This document shows positions 34,730 through 46,269 of a DNA stretch of 46,269 nucleotides, in pieces. Both the position numbers and the translations under genes were made by a program. The notes beneath the pieces are model-generated. The model was not told the origin of the DNA and ran no database searches. It saw only the letters and a program-made list of their open reading frames with translations. The stretch is from contig CAZUPN010000004.1 in the NCBI GenBank assembly GCA_964622015.1, forward strand, positions 1 through 46,269. The letters run 5' to 3'. Source of the stretch: an uncultured Rhizobiaceae bacterium (lineage in GTDB: Bacteria; Pseudomonadota; Alphaproteobacteria; Rickettsiales; UBA1997). Every line of letters begins with the position of its first letter. Within the stretch, counting starts at the first letter, position 1.

Positions 34730-34880
34730 GAAAGATAGTTCAGTTTATTACAATTAAATAAAAGATTATTTTTTGTTTAAAAGAAGTATATTTTTTTGGC
34801 AATAAATGCAAAATGAGAAATAGTCCCTCTTAATTAAAGATGCTGCAATTGATTGATATTTTTTAGGATTAATTGCTAAT

Positions 34881-37337
34881 TTAATAAACTCCTCCGACAT
34901 TTCGATCATCACTTGCCTTATCATTTTGCTGATAATTATAATCTAAATTAACATCGCCATTATCATCAATAACTGTATTTTCGTCCAAATTATCGTTTAA
35001 TTTGAAAGCCTCAAAGAAGATATCTGCTTTTGGGGTACTTGGAGTTGGATACTGACCAGTAAGGCGGTTGATTTTGACAAATTTTACTGAATCAGGAACT
35101 CTAAAAGGAATTGAAGGCTCATCTTTTAGGGCTTTCTTCATGAAATCGATAAATACCGGTAAGGCGACCGAGGAGCCAGTTTCTAAGCGGCCCAGAGTGC
35201 GAGGATTGTCAAATCCGATATAAACCCCAACTACCAGATCAGGAGAAAATCCGATAAACCAGGAATCATAGGAGCTATTAGTAGTGCCGGTTTTACCGGC
35301 AATAATTTTACCAATTGATTTAGCGCTGGCACCGGTTCCTCTTTGCACTACACCTTCAAGCATTGAGGTAATCTGATAGGCAGTTGCAGGATCAATTACC
35401 TGCTCTTTAGAATCATTTAAAGCTGGTAAAATGATCTGATTATCATCAATTTTACTATAGCTGCTATTGCCATTAATTACGCAAGATTCGCATTGCTGAC
35501 TTTGGCCACGATAGATAACTTTACCATTACGATCCTGAATTTTTTCAATCATTAAAGGAGTAATTCTTTTGCCGCCATTATCAATAATTGCATAAGCGGT
35601 TACCATTTTAATCAGATTAGTTTCAAGCGAACCTAAAACAATTGAATAATATTTTGGCGGATCATCATTAACTCCAAATCTTTTTAAAACATCAACCACC
35701 TTATCAAGCCCGATCTGATCGGTCATTCTGATGGTGGTTACGTTAATTGATTTTTCAAGCCCGGTTCTAAGGGTAATGGGGCCATAAAATTGATGGGAAA
35801 AATTTACTGGCTGATATAGCGGCAGTCCAGGGCCTTGATTGAGGCTAATTGGTTCATCAACTATCATTGTTGCCGGATTCATGCCATTTTCTAACGCTGC
35901 AATATAGGCAAAAGTTTTAAGTGAGGAGCCCGGCTGCCTTGCAGCTTGTACGGCGCGGTTAAATTGATTAGGGGCATCAATATAGCCCCCCATCATCGCC
36001 AAAACTTTACCATTATGAGGATCCATCGCCAGAATAGCGCCATTAACCTCTGGTATTTGCCCTAACTCATATTTATCATCTTTAATTTTTTTAACCAATA
36101 CCACATCGCCAATTGACAATACTTCTGAAACTTTAGTAATTTTAGGACCCAAACTATTAACATTAATATATTTTCTTGCCCATTTTAGCGAGGCAACATC
36201 AATTGCTCCTAAATCAGAATTTTCAACCCCAATCATCGCTGAATCTTTAGTAACTGAAAGCACTACCGCCTTTTGCCAGCTTTCTTTATAAGGCTTATCA
36301 ATATTAACTTTGTTAAGTGATTGCTGCCAATTTTTAATTTTTTCCTGATCAAATTTAGTAATTGCGCCACGCCAACCATGCTTTAAATCATAATTTTCAA
36401 TGCCTTCCTGCAAAGCCTTAGCAGCAATTTTTTGTAAATTAGAATTAAGCGTAGTTCTAACCACAATACCATTTTCAAACACATCATCTGAACCATAAAG
36501 AGCAGTTAATTGCTTTTTAACATTATCAGCAAAAAAATCAGCCTTGGTTGCATCTTCATCATCCTTAATCTTGAGAATAATTGGCTTTGATATCGCTTCT
36601 GAACCCTCTTTTTGAGTGATAAAATTTTCTGCAATCATTCTGCCAATTACCCAATCTCTTCTAATTTTAGCTTTTTCAACACTTTTTCTTGGATCTAATC
36701 TTGAAGGCGCCTTAGGAAGAGTTGCAAGCAAAGCGGTTTCTTCGATCGTTAATTCATCAATTGATTTATTAAAATATACCTGCGCTGCCGCAGCAACGCC
36801 ATAAGCTCCCGAGCCAAGATAAATCTGATTTAAATATAATTCCAAAATTTGATCTTTAGAAAAGGATTTGCTCATCCTATAAGCCAAAATCGCTTCCCTG
36901 ATCTTTCTTTTAAAAGTCTGCTCATTGGTCAACAAAAAGCTTTTTACCACTTGCTGAGTAATGGTAGAAGCCCCACCAACAATTTGCCCACCACGAGCAA
37001 AAGAAAATAAATTCAACACCGCCGCCCTAACAATTGCAAAAGGATCAACCCCAGAATGATGATAAAGATTACTATCTTCAGCCGCCAAAAAAGCATTAAT
37101 CAAATGCTTAGGAATAGAGTTTATCGGCACAAAAATCCTTTTTTCCTTCGAATATTCACTAATCAAATTACCATCAGCAGCATATAATCTGGTAGTAATC
37201 AACGGCGTATAAGATTTAAGCTGCTCATAATCCGGCAAATTTTCACTATAGGTTTTAAATAAAAAAGCAATTACACCCAAGAAAATCAAAGCGGCAGCAA
37301 AAATAAAAGCAATTAATTTAGTAAATTTTATTTTCAT
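34881..37337 (-). CDS. mrcA: penicillin-binding protein 1A (bifunctional transglycosylase/transpeptidase)
   Basis: 818 aa with an N-terminal TM anchor. GT51 motifs EDSNLYHH and GGASTITQQ; transpeptidase motifs SSLK and KTGT. Confidence 0.95.
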   Translation of the reverse strand: MKIKFTKLIAFIFAAALIFLGVIAFLFKTYSENLPDYEQLKSYTPLITTRLYAADGNLISEYSKEKRIFVPINSIPKHLINAFLAAEDSNLYHHSGVDPFAIVRAAVLNLFSFARGGQIVGGASTITQQVVKSFLLTNEQTFKRKIREAILAYRMSKSFSKDQILELYLNQIYLGSGAYGVAAAAQVYFNKSIDELTIEETALLATLPKAPSRLDPRKSVEKAKIRRDWVIGRMIAENFITQKEGSEAISKPIILKIKDDEDATKADFFADNVKKQLTALYGSDDVFENGIVVRTTLNSNLQKIAAKALQEGIENYDLKHGWRGAITKFDQEKIKNWQQSLNKVNIDKPYKESWQKAVVLSVTKDSAMIGVENSDLGAIDVASLKWARKYINVNSLGPKITKVSEVLSIGDVVLVKKIKDDKYELGQIPEVNGAILAMDPHNGKVLAMMGGYIDAPNQFNRAVQAARQPGSSLKTFAYIAALENGMNPATMIVDEPISLNQGPGLPLYQPVNFSHQFYGPITLRTGLEKSINVTTIRMTDQIGLDKVVDVLKRFGVNDDPPKYYSIVLGSLETNLIKMVTAYAIIDNGGKRITPLMIEKIQDRNGKVIYRGQSQQCESCVINGNSSYSKIDDNQIILPALNDSKEQVIDPATAYQITSMLEGVVQRGTGASAKSIGKIIAGKTGTTNSSYDSWFIGFSPDLVVGVYIGFDNPRTLGRLETGSSVALPVFIDFMKKALKDEPSIPFRVPDSVKFVKINRLTGQYPTPSTPKADIFFEAFKLNDNLDENTVIDDNGDVNLDYNYQQNDKASDDRNVGGVY

Positions 37338-37852
37338 AATTTTTAATTAATATCAATCAACTCCAAAAAAGTTAGAGTAAAATATTTTAGACAAATTTAT
37401 GAGCCCTGAGATAAAATTGAATGATCAAGGTTAAATTTTATTGGATATAAGATTTTGAAGATAGCTTCCACTTCTGTAGTATCAGCCAAGTAAATGAATC
37501 TTATTTTATAATGCTCAAAACTGACTTAGTCAATTAAAAATTAAGAGTTCTTGTCAATCAAGTTAATTCACGGTTGATGGTAAATTTTAGGTATTTTTTA
37601 AAAAACCAAAATAATATTGACTCTTAACGCCAAGCAGGAATCCCTAAATCAAACGCATCAATAATAACAGATAATTTTATAATTAATCAAAAATGACCAG
37701 AAGCAGCAATTCTTCAGATGAATCGGTATCTAGGAACTCCTCTGAACAAGATAATAGTGATTCCAATTCTCAATATAGCGAACAATCTCAAGACTCGATT
37801 GTATCAACAAATTTTGCGTCTCCCCATTTTTTTCATAAAAACCTTCCCCCCC

Positions 37853-38677
37853 AAACCTCTCAAACAACATTTGGTTAATCTGCGCTAAATTAGCCACAAA
37901 TTTAGGTATCGGATTCAACCATTTAGTCTTAGCCAAATTTTCAAATATAATCTTTATCTTAATTGCAATCTCCTGCTTTCGAGTGGAAATACCCCCCTGA
38001 ATTCTTCCTGGCAATTTCAATAGCATTATTAATTCCTTCAACTGCATTTAGTAGTTCTAATAATCGCTCTTAGCCCTTGAGGATATTTCATAAAAGCTAA
38101 ATAATTATCAGCTCTTTCTTTTAAATAATTAGCATAAAAATTATGATCTTTTTTTATTTTATCTTCAATAAAGGAAACTAGTTTAGAATAGCCCGATTCA
38201 AATCAACACCAACTACCGTAAAATGAATAGCCTTTTTAATCACTCCGGTATCCTCAGCCATATCAATTACCTTGGCATCAATATAAATAAATGCCCAGTC
38301 AGAATTTAACTGTCTTGAATTGAATTTTTTAGATTCTTCAAAATTATCATTTCTAAAATATTTAAATATTCACTGCCAATATTTCTGCTATATTTAAGGG
38401 AGCATTGCCGGGCAAAAATCACCACTGCGATTTCTTGGAATTGATATTGGAACTGTAGCAATATCAAAGTTAATATTGTGATTGGAATACCCGTTAGCCT
38501 TATTACCATTGTTGTGATGATTGCCAAGATAAATAGCTCGCTTAGCAACAAAGGCCTGGTTCAATAAATCACACTCATACCATCGATTAAAAATTGGCGA
38601 ATATCAGGATTTTTGCTCTCAGCTATTTGAGCAAATATTTCTTGTGTCTCAATAGAATTAATGTTTAAATTTTTCAT
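37853..38677 (-). mobile_element. IS256-family (mutator-type) transposase pseudogene with stops, at least two frameshifts and loss of the central catalytic region
   Basis: My minus-strand translation shows MKNLNINSIETQEIFAQIAE from ATG 38677. It continues with NGYSNHNINFDIATVPISIPRNRSGDF, WAFIYIDAKVIDMAEDTGVIKKAIHFTVVGVDL, then YPQGLRAIIRTT-NAVEGINNAIEIARKNSGGYF and KQEIAIKIKIIFENLAKTKWLNPIPKFVANLAQINQMLFERF. These pieces lie in different frames and are interrupted by stops. Confidence 0.7.
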
Positions 38678-38887
38678 AAGTTTATGGGAAATAACTTACC
38701 TTTAATTGCCAAAAGCAATTCGGGCAGTCATATGCATCTAAAAATGATTTTTAGCAAAGTTGGGACACAAGATTATTTTAACACCCGCTAATTTAGAAAT
38801 TTAACTTAATTAATTGCAGAATTAATTGTTATTGGATAGAGATAAAAAGGGTCTATTTAATAATTAACAAATCAGGAGCGTGAATAA

Positions 38888-39844
38888 ATGCAAGAAATAT
38901 TATTTCCAGAAATTAAGCCATATGAGGAAGATTATCTAAAAGTATCCGATATTCACAAAATACATTATCAACAATATGGTAATAAAAGTGGCGTGCCAAT
39001 TATATGGCTTCATGGGGGGCCGGGCGCTGGTTGCTTTGGACGGGAAGCTCAGTATTTTGATCCAAATTTTTATAGAATAATATTACTTAATCAAAGAGGA
39101 GCGGGAAAATCTCAGCCATTTTGTGAATTAACAGAAAATAATACTAAAGAATTAATTTCTGATATAGAAAAGCTCAGACTTCATCTAAAAATAGAAAAAT
39201 TAGCGATCTTAGGAGGGTCGTGGGGAAGTTTATTAGCTCTAGCCTATAGTATCAATCATCCTGATAAAGTTCTAGCCTTAATATTAAGAGGGGTATTTAC
39301 CGCAAGAGACACTGAAATCTATAATTTTTATTATGGTATGAGAGATACATTTCCTGATGCCTGGCAGGAATGGCATGATTTTTTACCAGCTCACGAACAA
39401 AATGATTTAGCTGATTCTTATGTAAAGCGCATTCTTAACCCTGACCCTGATGTAAGTTTACCTGCAATCAAGGCATTCGTAAAATATGACACTATTTGTT
39501 CTTATCATCAAATTAGTGATCAAATTATTGAAGAAAATCTAAATCATAAAAATGAAATGATCAGCTTAGCAAAAATCTTTATGCATTATTATAGCAATTC
39601 ATTCTTTTTGCCTAGTAATTACATAAGAGATAACCTTCATAAAATCACTAATCTTGCCTGTATTATTGTTCATGGCCGATATGATGCAATCTGCAGAGCC
39701 TCAACTGCTTATGATTTACATAAAAGTTGGCCTAATTCCATATTAAATATAGTTCCCACCGGAGGTCATACCGCTAGAGAGGACGCATTGTCGCTAGCAT
39801 TAAAAGAAGCAACAATAAAACTGCAATCTATGCTGGGTATATAA
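38888..39844 (+). CDS. pip: prolyl aminopeptidase (proline iminopeptidase)
   Basis: 318 aa alpha/beta hydrolase. HGGPGAG oxyanion motif, nucleophile elbow GGSWGS and a C-terminal GGH. Confidence 0.9.
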   Translation: MQEILFPEIKPYEEDYLKVSDIHKIHYQQYGNKSGVPIIWLHGGPGAGCFGREAQYFDPNFYRIILLNQRGAGKSQPFCELTENNTKELISDIEKLRLHLKIEKLAILGGSWGSLLALAYSINHPDKVLALILRGVFTARDTEIYNFYYGMRDTFPDAWQEWHDFLPAHEQNDLADSYVKRILNPDPDVSLPAIKAFVKYDTICSYHQISDQIIEENLNHKNEMISLAKIFMHYYSNSFFLPSNYIRDNLHKITNLACIIVHGRYDAICRASTAYDLHKSWPNSILNIVPTGGHTAREDALSLALKEATIKLQSMLGI

Positions 39845-40621
39845 CTTTGAACTATGCATTGATAGATATTTTGGAATATATTAGAGGCTTGATTATAAAC
39901 TATTCCACTAAGCCCTAAAGACTTGGGAATAATATAGCCAATTTCTGTCCAGCTATTAAATATATTGTCCCCAGAATTTCGACAATGGCTGGAGTGAAAA
40001 ATAATTGTGTCACTGTATGAAATTGAGAAAGACTATATCGGATTTACAGATCGTCTGCGCACTGGCGAGACAATTGAGCTGATACAGCTAAAATCAATAA
40101 TTTACATTGAAAGTGAGAGCTAAAAAGATCGTTTTATATAAATCCTGACTCCTTCTTTTTAAATTGAAATATCAATTCCAATCCTTTGCTTAATTATGTA
40201 GTCTAGTTTTTTTAATTTAAAATTTTTTTATGGGCAATTTTGCCTATTTAGATCTAGAAAAACCTATTTCCATCTACTCTTCTTTATAACTTTGCGATAC
40301 AGAGATTTCTACGAAATCTTTATTATCGCTCATCAATTATTCTTTTGAATCAAAGTAATGTAATGACGTCATCTACGAATTTTTCGTCCGATTTATTAAA
40401 TTCTTCACTCATTCCTTTAATTAGTTTTGCAAACTTTAATTTTAATAAAGCAAATGCTGCAAGCGCATGTTTGTCTGATATTAGTATTGAAGGAAGGTAA
40501 AAAATTTAATTCTTTTTGGAGCTGGAGCAAGTTATGGGTCGGATCAAGATAAACCAACTGTTTCAAGCCTTTGCAGATAATCTTCAGCAAATTTTAGTTA
40601 ATGAGACACCAGACCCCTCCC

Positions 40622-42094
40622 CTAAAATCTTGAACCAAAATAAGATTCAATTGATGTAACTAAACCAGCTGCCAGTTTTTTGCGATATTTAAAATTATTG
40701 AGCTTCTTTTCTTCTAATTTGTTAGATAAATATCCAAGTTCAATTAATACCGAGACCATGTCCGGAGCAGTTAATACTCTAAAGCCAGCAAATCTATGGG
40801 TATTATTTAATATTTCAATATCAAAATTTTGCATCGATTTTATTGCTAAATTAGCATAGATTGCTGAGCTATTCATGCTATCTCTTTGTGATAAGTTAAT
40901 CAAGGTTTTCATGATATCGGGGCTGGCATCAGAAAAATTGGCGCCGGCGATGATATCGGAACGGTTTTCTTTTTGGGCTAGTAATTCTGCTTGTTTATCT
41001 GATGAGGTTTCAGATAAGGTGTAAATTGAAAGGCCCGATACTCTTTTATTGGCGGCAGAATTAGCGTGTAGCGAGATAAATAAGTCAGCTTTTACTCTTC
41101 TTGCCATTTCAACTCTGCGACTTAGGGGAATAAAAATATCATTACCTCTGGTTAGATAAACCTTATATTTTTTGGTTTTATCAAGTGCAATTTTTAATTC
41201 CCTGGCGTAAGCAAGGGTAATATTTTTTTCTTTACTTCTGGCGTAATTGCCAATGGTTCCGGGATCTTTGCCACCATGGCCAGGATCAATAACAATAATT
41301 GGAATTTGCTTTTTTCTAACTAATGGCGGAGGGTTTTTATTATCTAAAGTTTTATTTGCTTCTTTACTTGTCATTGAATCCGGTTTTTTGGGATATTTTT
41401 TGATGATATATTTAATCGATCCATCAGCTAGGACAATTTTTGAAGTTTCTACTTCCGGGGGCAAATCTTTTGGCCTTATAGTTGCTACTTTTTCCTGAGG
41501 TTCTTGTTTAAAATCATCATTATCCGCCACTTTAGCAACTAATTTATCTAAATCGCCAACAGCTATCTCGGTATTTAGAGCCTCTGTAGTGGGCTTAGCC
41601 TCAATTACATCATCGATTTTATCCTGCTCGATGATAATTTTCTTTTTCTGAGCAGAAGATTTTGCTTTAAAATCGCCATCTAATTTAACAATAATTTTAC
41701 CCAGATCTTCATTTTTAATCTTTTGAAAACGGGCATTATCAACGGTAATTTTTCGGTCTAAATTAAAAACTATTCTTAGATATTTCTGATTATCTTTGTT
41801 ATATTTGCTGATTTTGGCGGATTTAACGATATTAATTTTATCATCAATTGCTTGAATCTTTAAAGCTTTAGCATCTTTAATATCAATTACCAGGCGGGTT
41901 GGATTTTCAAATATTAAGGGCTTAAACTCGCTTTTTTGATCAATGGTAATTTCTAACTGCTTTTGTTCGTTATTAAAGCGGATTTTATTTATAATTGCGC
42001 TGGCACTTGCACTGTAATTGGTTAAAAAAATATCGCTAAAGCAGCAGCTAAAAATTAAAAAAAACCTGATTTTTTTTCGTAATATTGCGGTCAT
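40622..42094 (-). CDS. amiC: N-acetylmuramoyl-L-alanine amidase with N-terminal AMIN domain (AmiC-like)
   Basis: Signal peptide, an AMIN-like region (LEITIDQKSEFKPLIFENPTRLVIDIKDA), and an Amidase_3 domain (IVIDPGHGGKDPGTIG...SLHANS). Confidence 0.9.
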   Translation of the reverse strand: MTAILRKKIRFFLIFSCCFSDIFLTNYSASASAIINKIRFNNEQKQLEITIDQKSEFKPLIFENPTRLVIDIKDAKALKIQAIDDKINIVKSAKISKYNKDNQKYLRIVFNLDRKITVDNARFQKIKNEDLGKIIVKLDGDFKAKSSAQKKKIIIEQDKIDDVIEAKPTTEALNTEIAVGDLDKLVAKVADNDDFKQEPQEKVATIRPKDLPPEVETSKIVLADGSIKYIIKKYPKKPDSMTSKEANKTLDNKNPPPLVRKKQIPIIVIDPGHGGKDPGTIGNYARSKEKNITLAYARELKIALDKTKKYKVYLTRGNDIFIPLSRRVEMARRVKADLFISLHANSAANKRVSGLSIYTLSETSSDKQAELLAQKENRSDIIAGANFSDASPDIMKTLINLSQRDSMNSSAIYANLAIKSMQNFDIEILNNTHRFAGFRVLTAPDMVSVLIELGYLSNKLEEKKLNNFKYRKKLAAGLVTSIESYFGSRF

Positions 42095-42112
42095 TAGCTG
42101 ATTTGGCTTAAA

Positions 42113-42556
42113 TTACCCTTTAAGAAATTTCTTTTTTAACTCAATCATTTTTATACAAGCAAGCGCAGCGAATCCACCCTTATCTTTTTGCTTGATATCA
42201 GCCCTGACTAAGGCCTGCTCTTCATTTTCAACAGTAATAATACCATAGCCAATTGCCAGCATTTTATTGATTGCCAAATCATTTAACCCACGCGCACTTT
42301 CAAGGCAAACATAATCATAATGGCTTGTCTGCCCTCTAATTGCACATCCCAAGCCAATATAGCCGGCATAATCATGGGTCAAACTTGCAAAAGAGATCGC
42401 CGCCGGAATCTCAAATATCCCCATTACTTCCTCTATTTCATAGGGATAGCCAGCAGCATTAAGTTTAGCAACCGCACCTTCAATTAATAAATCAGTAATT
42501 TCTGGATAAAAATTAGCCTTAATTATTAAAATTTTCTTCTTTATAACATTAGTCAT
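42113..42556 (-). CDS. ribH: 6,7-dimethyl-8-ribityllumazine synthase
   Basis: 147 aa. Contains GIFEIPAA and GCAIRGQTSHYDYV motifs. Confidence 0.9.
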   Translation of the reverse strand: MTNVIKKKILIIKANFYPEITDLLIEGAVAKLNAAGYPYEIEEVMGIFEIPAAISFASLTHDYAGYIGLGCAIRGQTSHYDYVCLESARGLNDLAINKMLAIGYGIITVENEEQALVRADIKQKDKGGFAALACIKMIELKKKFLKG

Positions 42557-42613
42557 TATATATTTTTATAAATTAATTGATTTTAAATCTTTCCTTAAAA
42601 AACCTTATTGATA

Positions 42614-43108
42614 ATGCTTAATATTTTCAATTTATTTTTATTTTTATTTGCAATTTGGATAGCGCTTTTAGTGTTGCAGGGCCAAGTTACCTGGCTTTAT
42701 TTGTTTTTAGGAATAATTTGCTCGGCTTTGGTTAGTGTTTTTTCTTATCGTTTAAAACTGATTGAGGAAAAAAGCGAATTATTATATTTAAGCATTGGTT
42801 TTTACCGCCATTTCGGGCGGCTATATTTTAAAAGTTTTTTTAGTGCTTTAGGCTTAATTTTTTCTTTAGTGTTTGATAAAAATAGCAATATTAAGCCAGT
42901 TATTTATATGATTAGTTTGGATTATAAAAATAAATTTAACCCAGGGCTGTTTGCAAGCACCATCAATATGACTACCGGCTTATTTTGCCTGTTAATTAAG
43001 GAAGAAAAAATCTTTATTCACTGTCTTGACCAAAAGTTTTTTGAGCAATTTGATGCTAATAAAACTGTCAAAATTTTAAAAGAAATCAATGATGATAATT
43101 TGGTATAA
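42614..43108 (+). CDS. Na+/H+ antiporter subunit E (MnhE/MrpE/PhaE)-like membrane protein
   Basis: Two N-terminal TM helices. STINMTTGLFCLLIKEEKIFIHCLD resembles the MrpE consensus (TLTPGT..V......L.VH.LD). ATG 42614 is chosen over the TTG at 42608. Family call made by eye only. Confidence 0.5.
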   Translation: MLNIFNLFLFLFAIWIALLVLQGQVTWLYLFLGIICSALVSVFSYRLKLIEEKSELLYLSIGFYRHFGRLYFKSFFSALGLIFSLVFDKNSNIKPVIYMISLDYKNKFNPGLFASTINMTTGLFCLLIKEEKIFIHCLDQKFFEQFDANKTVKILKEINDDNLV

Positions 43109-45220
<2,112 letters not shown>

Positions 45221-45293
45221 TATTATTTGTGGTACTGAAGCAATGAGATAACTACATATAAATTGTTACTTATAACAAAACAACTTAAGAAAT

Positions 45294-45902
45294 ATGCCAA
45301 TCAAAATTAAAGATCTAATCATTAAATATAGCGAGCTTGGCGTCAAATCTCAAAATGTGATTTTTAAGATTACCAAAACCAGAAATATGCGTATTACGAT
45401 AAAATCAGATTTGCAAATTATGGTTAGTTTTCCTAAGAGCTGCTCCCTTTTAGGGGCTCAGAAATTTTTTGAATCTAAAATTGCCTGGACGCAAAATGCG
45501 TTATTACAACTAGAAAAGAAGGTAGCAATTAGAAAAAAACGGACAGAATCTAATGGTCAAACAATGGCAAAATTAACTGCTCAAGAACTGGTGGCAAAAA
45601 ATGATGATTTGATTTCCAGATGCCTAGAATTAGCCAAAATTCACGATTTTACTGTCAGAAAAGTTATTATCAGAAAACAAAAAACCATTTGGGGTAGCTG
45701 CTCTTATAAAAATAACATTAGTCTTAATAGTAATTTATCATTTTTAAATCATGATCTGATTGATTACGTAATTTTACATGAGTTAGTCCATACCAAAATC
45801 AAGAACCATAGTAAAAAATTTTGGGCCATGCTAGAGCAAATTGCGCCAAATTGCCGGCTTCTTGACCGGCAATTACGATCTTTTTGGCCAACGACTATAT
45901 AA
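45294..45902 (+). CDS. M48-family / YgjP-like (DUF45) metal-dependent hydrolase
   Basis: The C-terminal HELVHTKIKNHSKKFW carries HExxH in the context typical of the DUF45/YgjP family. Confidence 0.75.
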   Translation: MPIKIKDLIIKYSELGVKSQNVIFKITKTRNMRITIKSDLQIMVSFPKSCSLLGAQKFFESKIAWTQNALLQLEKKVAIRKKRTESNGQTMAKLTAQELVAKNDDLISRCLELAKIHDFTVRKVIIRKQKTIWGSCSYKNNISLNSNLSFLNHDLIDYVILHELVHTKIKNHSKKFWAMLEQIAPNCRLLDRQLRSFWPTTI

Positions 45903-46072
45903 TCGTTAAAAAACCCAAAGCTGAATAATACCAAAATTCATATAAAATACCGCATATAGCAAAATATTTTTGGAGAACGTCCAACATTCCGTGTCAATTT
46001 AAAAGCTAGATTAAAATGAGCGTCAGCTTATTTTAACTCAAGCAAGTTATTAATTTTAAATTGACAAATTTT

Positions 46073-46219
46073 ATGAATAAAAAACAACAATCAAATCAAC
46101 GATACAGTGACCTAGATGCTTTCAAACGTGAAGCAATAGAAAAAATCTATCAAGGAAAGCCACTAACTGGCAAAGATGGTATTTTCAGTGATATGATCAA
46201 AGAAATAAAATGGCTATAA
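46073..46219 (+). mobile_element. N-terminal 48-codon fragment of an IS256-family transposase gene
   Basis: My translation is MNKKQQSNQRYSDLDAFKREAIEKIYQGKPLTGKDGIFSDMIKEIKWL followed by a stop. GKPLTGKDGIF..MIK resembles the conserved N-terminal segment of mutator-type transposases. A possible IS end (GAACGTCCAACATTCCGTGTCAATTT) lies ~80 bp upstream. Confidence 0.45.
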
Positions 46220-46269
46220 TACCAAAATCCATCTATAATACAACATACTAATTGACAATTTCGCTGCAA

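Noticed and set aside
34730-34880. Small fixS/ccoS gene after fixI.
   Set aside because: No suitable ~45-55 codon ORF with a TM helix is present. The region contains only an 11-mer (GATGCTGCAA, complement of TTGCAGCATC) that resembles the repeat loop module.
37693-37878. 61-aa Ser/Asn/Gln-rich ORF on the plus strand.
   Set aside because: It is antisense to the read-through tail of the transposase pseudogene and has low-complexity composition with no support.
38306-38551. 81-aa minus-strand ORF.
   Set aside because: It is an out-of-frame stretch inside the degraded IS256-family transposase gene, not an independent gene.
42557-42607. FMN riboswitch upstream of ribH.
   Set aside because: The 51-nt divergent spacer is far too short and AT-rich.

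Overview
46.3-kb AT-rich chromosomal segment, about 30% GC by eye. The gene content looks alphaproteobacterial and host-associated, Rickettsiales/Holosporales-like. That placement is inferred from the NDUFA12-like/MlaD/DUF2155 trio, FixH-FixI, scattered nuo and dcw genes, and Rickettsia-style palindromic repeats. I support about 45 protein genes, mostly housekeeping: secG, gcvTH, pgpA, rpe, murD, recR, nuoC, a YebC-family regulator, ybaB, kdsB, metK, crcB, mrcA, ribH and ligA. There is also one tRNA-Lys(UUU). Accessory or decaying content includes a deleted FAD/NAD(P)-binding pseudogene and a frameshifted orphan membrane-protein gene. A truncated, frameshifted rhuM remnant abuts an intact class D beta-lactamase. 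There is a heavily degraded IS256-family transposase gene, a second transposase fragment at the right edge, and a gene-free 0.78-kb stretch. The most distinctive signal not explained by genes is a modular repeat superfamily at seven loci. It combines GC-rich TTGTCATC/GATGACAA palindromic cores, a shared loop module, and tails of degenerate 19-23 bp periodic repeats. One copy sits in frame in the 5' part of a lipoprotein gene, and another forms a 3-inverted plus 5-direct 21-bp array upstream of tRNA-Lys. Other modules worth follow-up are a GtrA/GT2/YdjC-deacetylase operon (NaxD/LgmC-like aminosugar lipid carrier pathway lacking its transferase), a KimA-like APC permease, a kdsB-coupled rimB-rimK pair, and a G1P-dehydrogenase-like gene with an apparent metal-ligand substitution. 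I found no CRISPR array, rRNA or recognisable riboswitch. All calls come from reading the sequence and ORF translations by eye; no searches were run.
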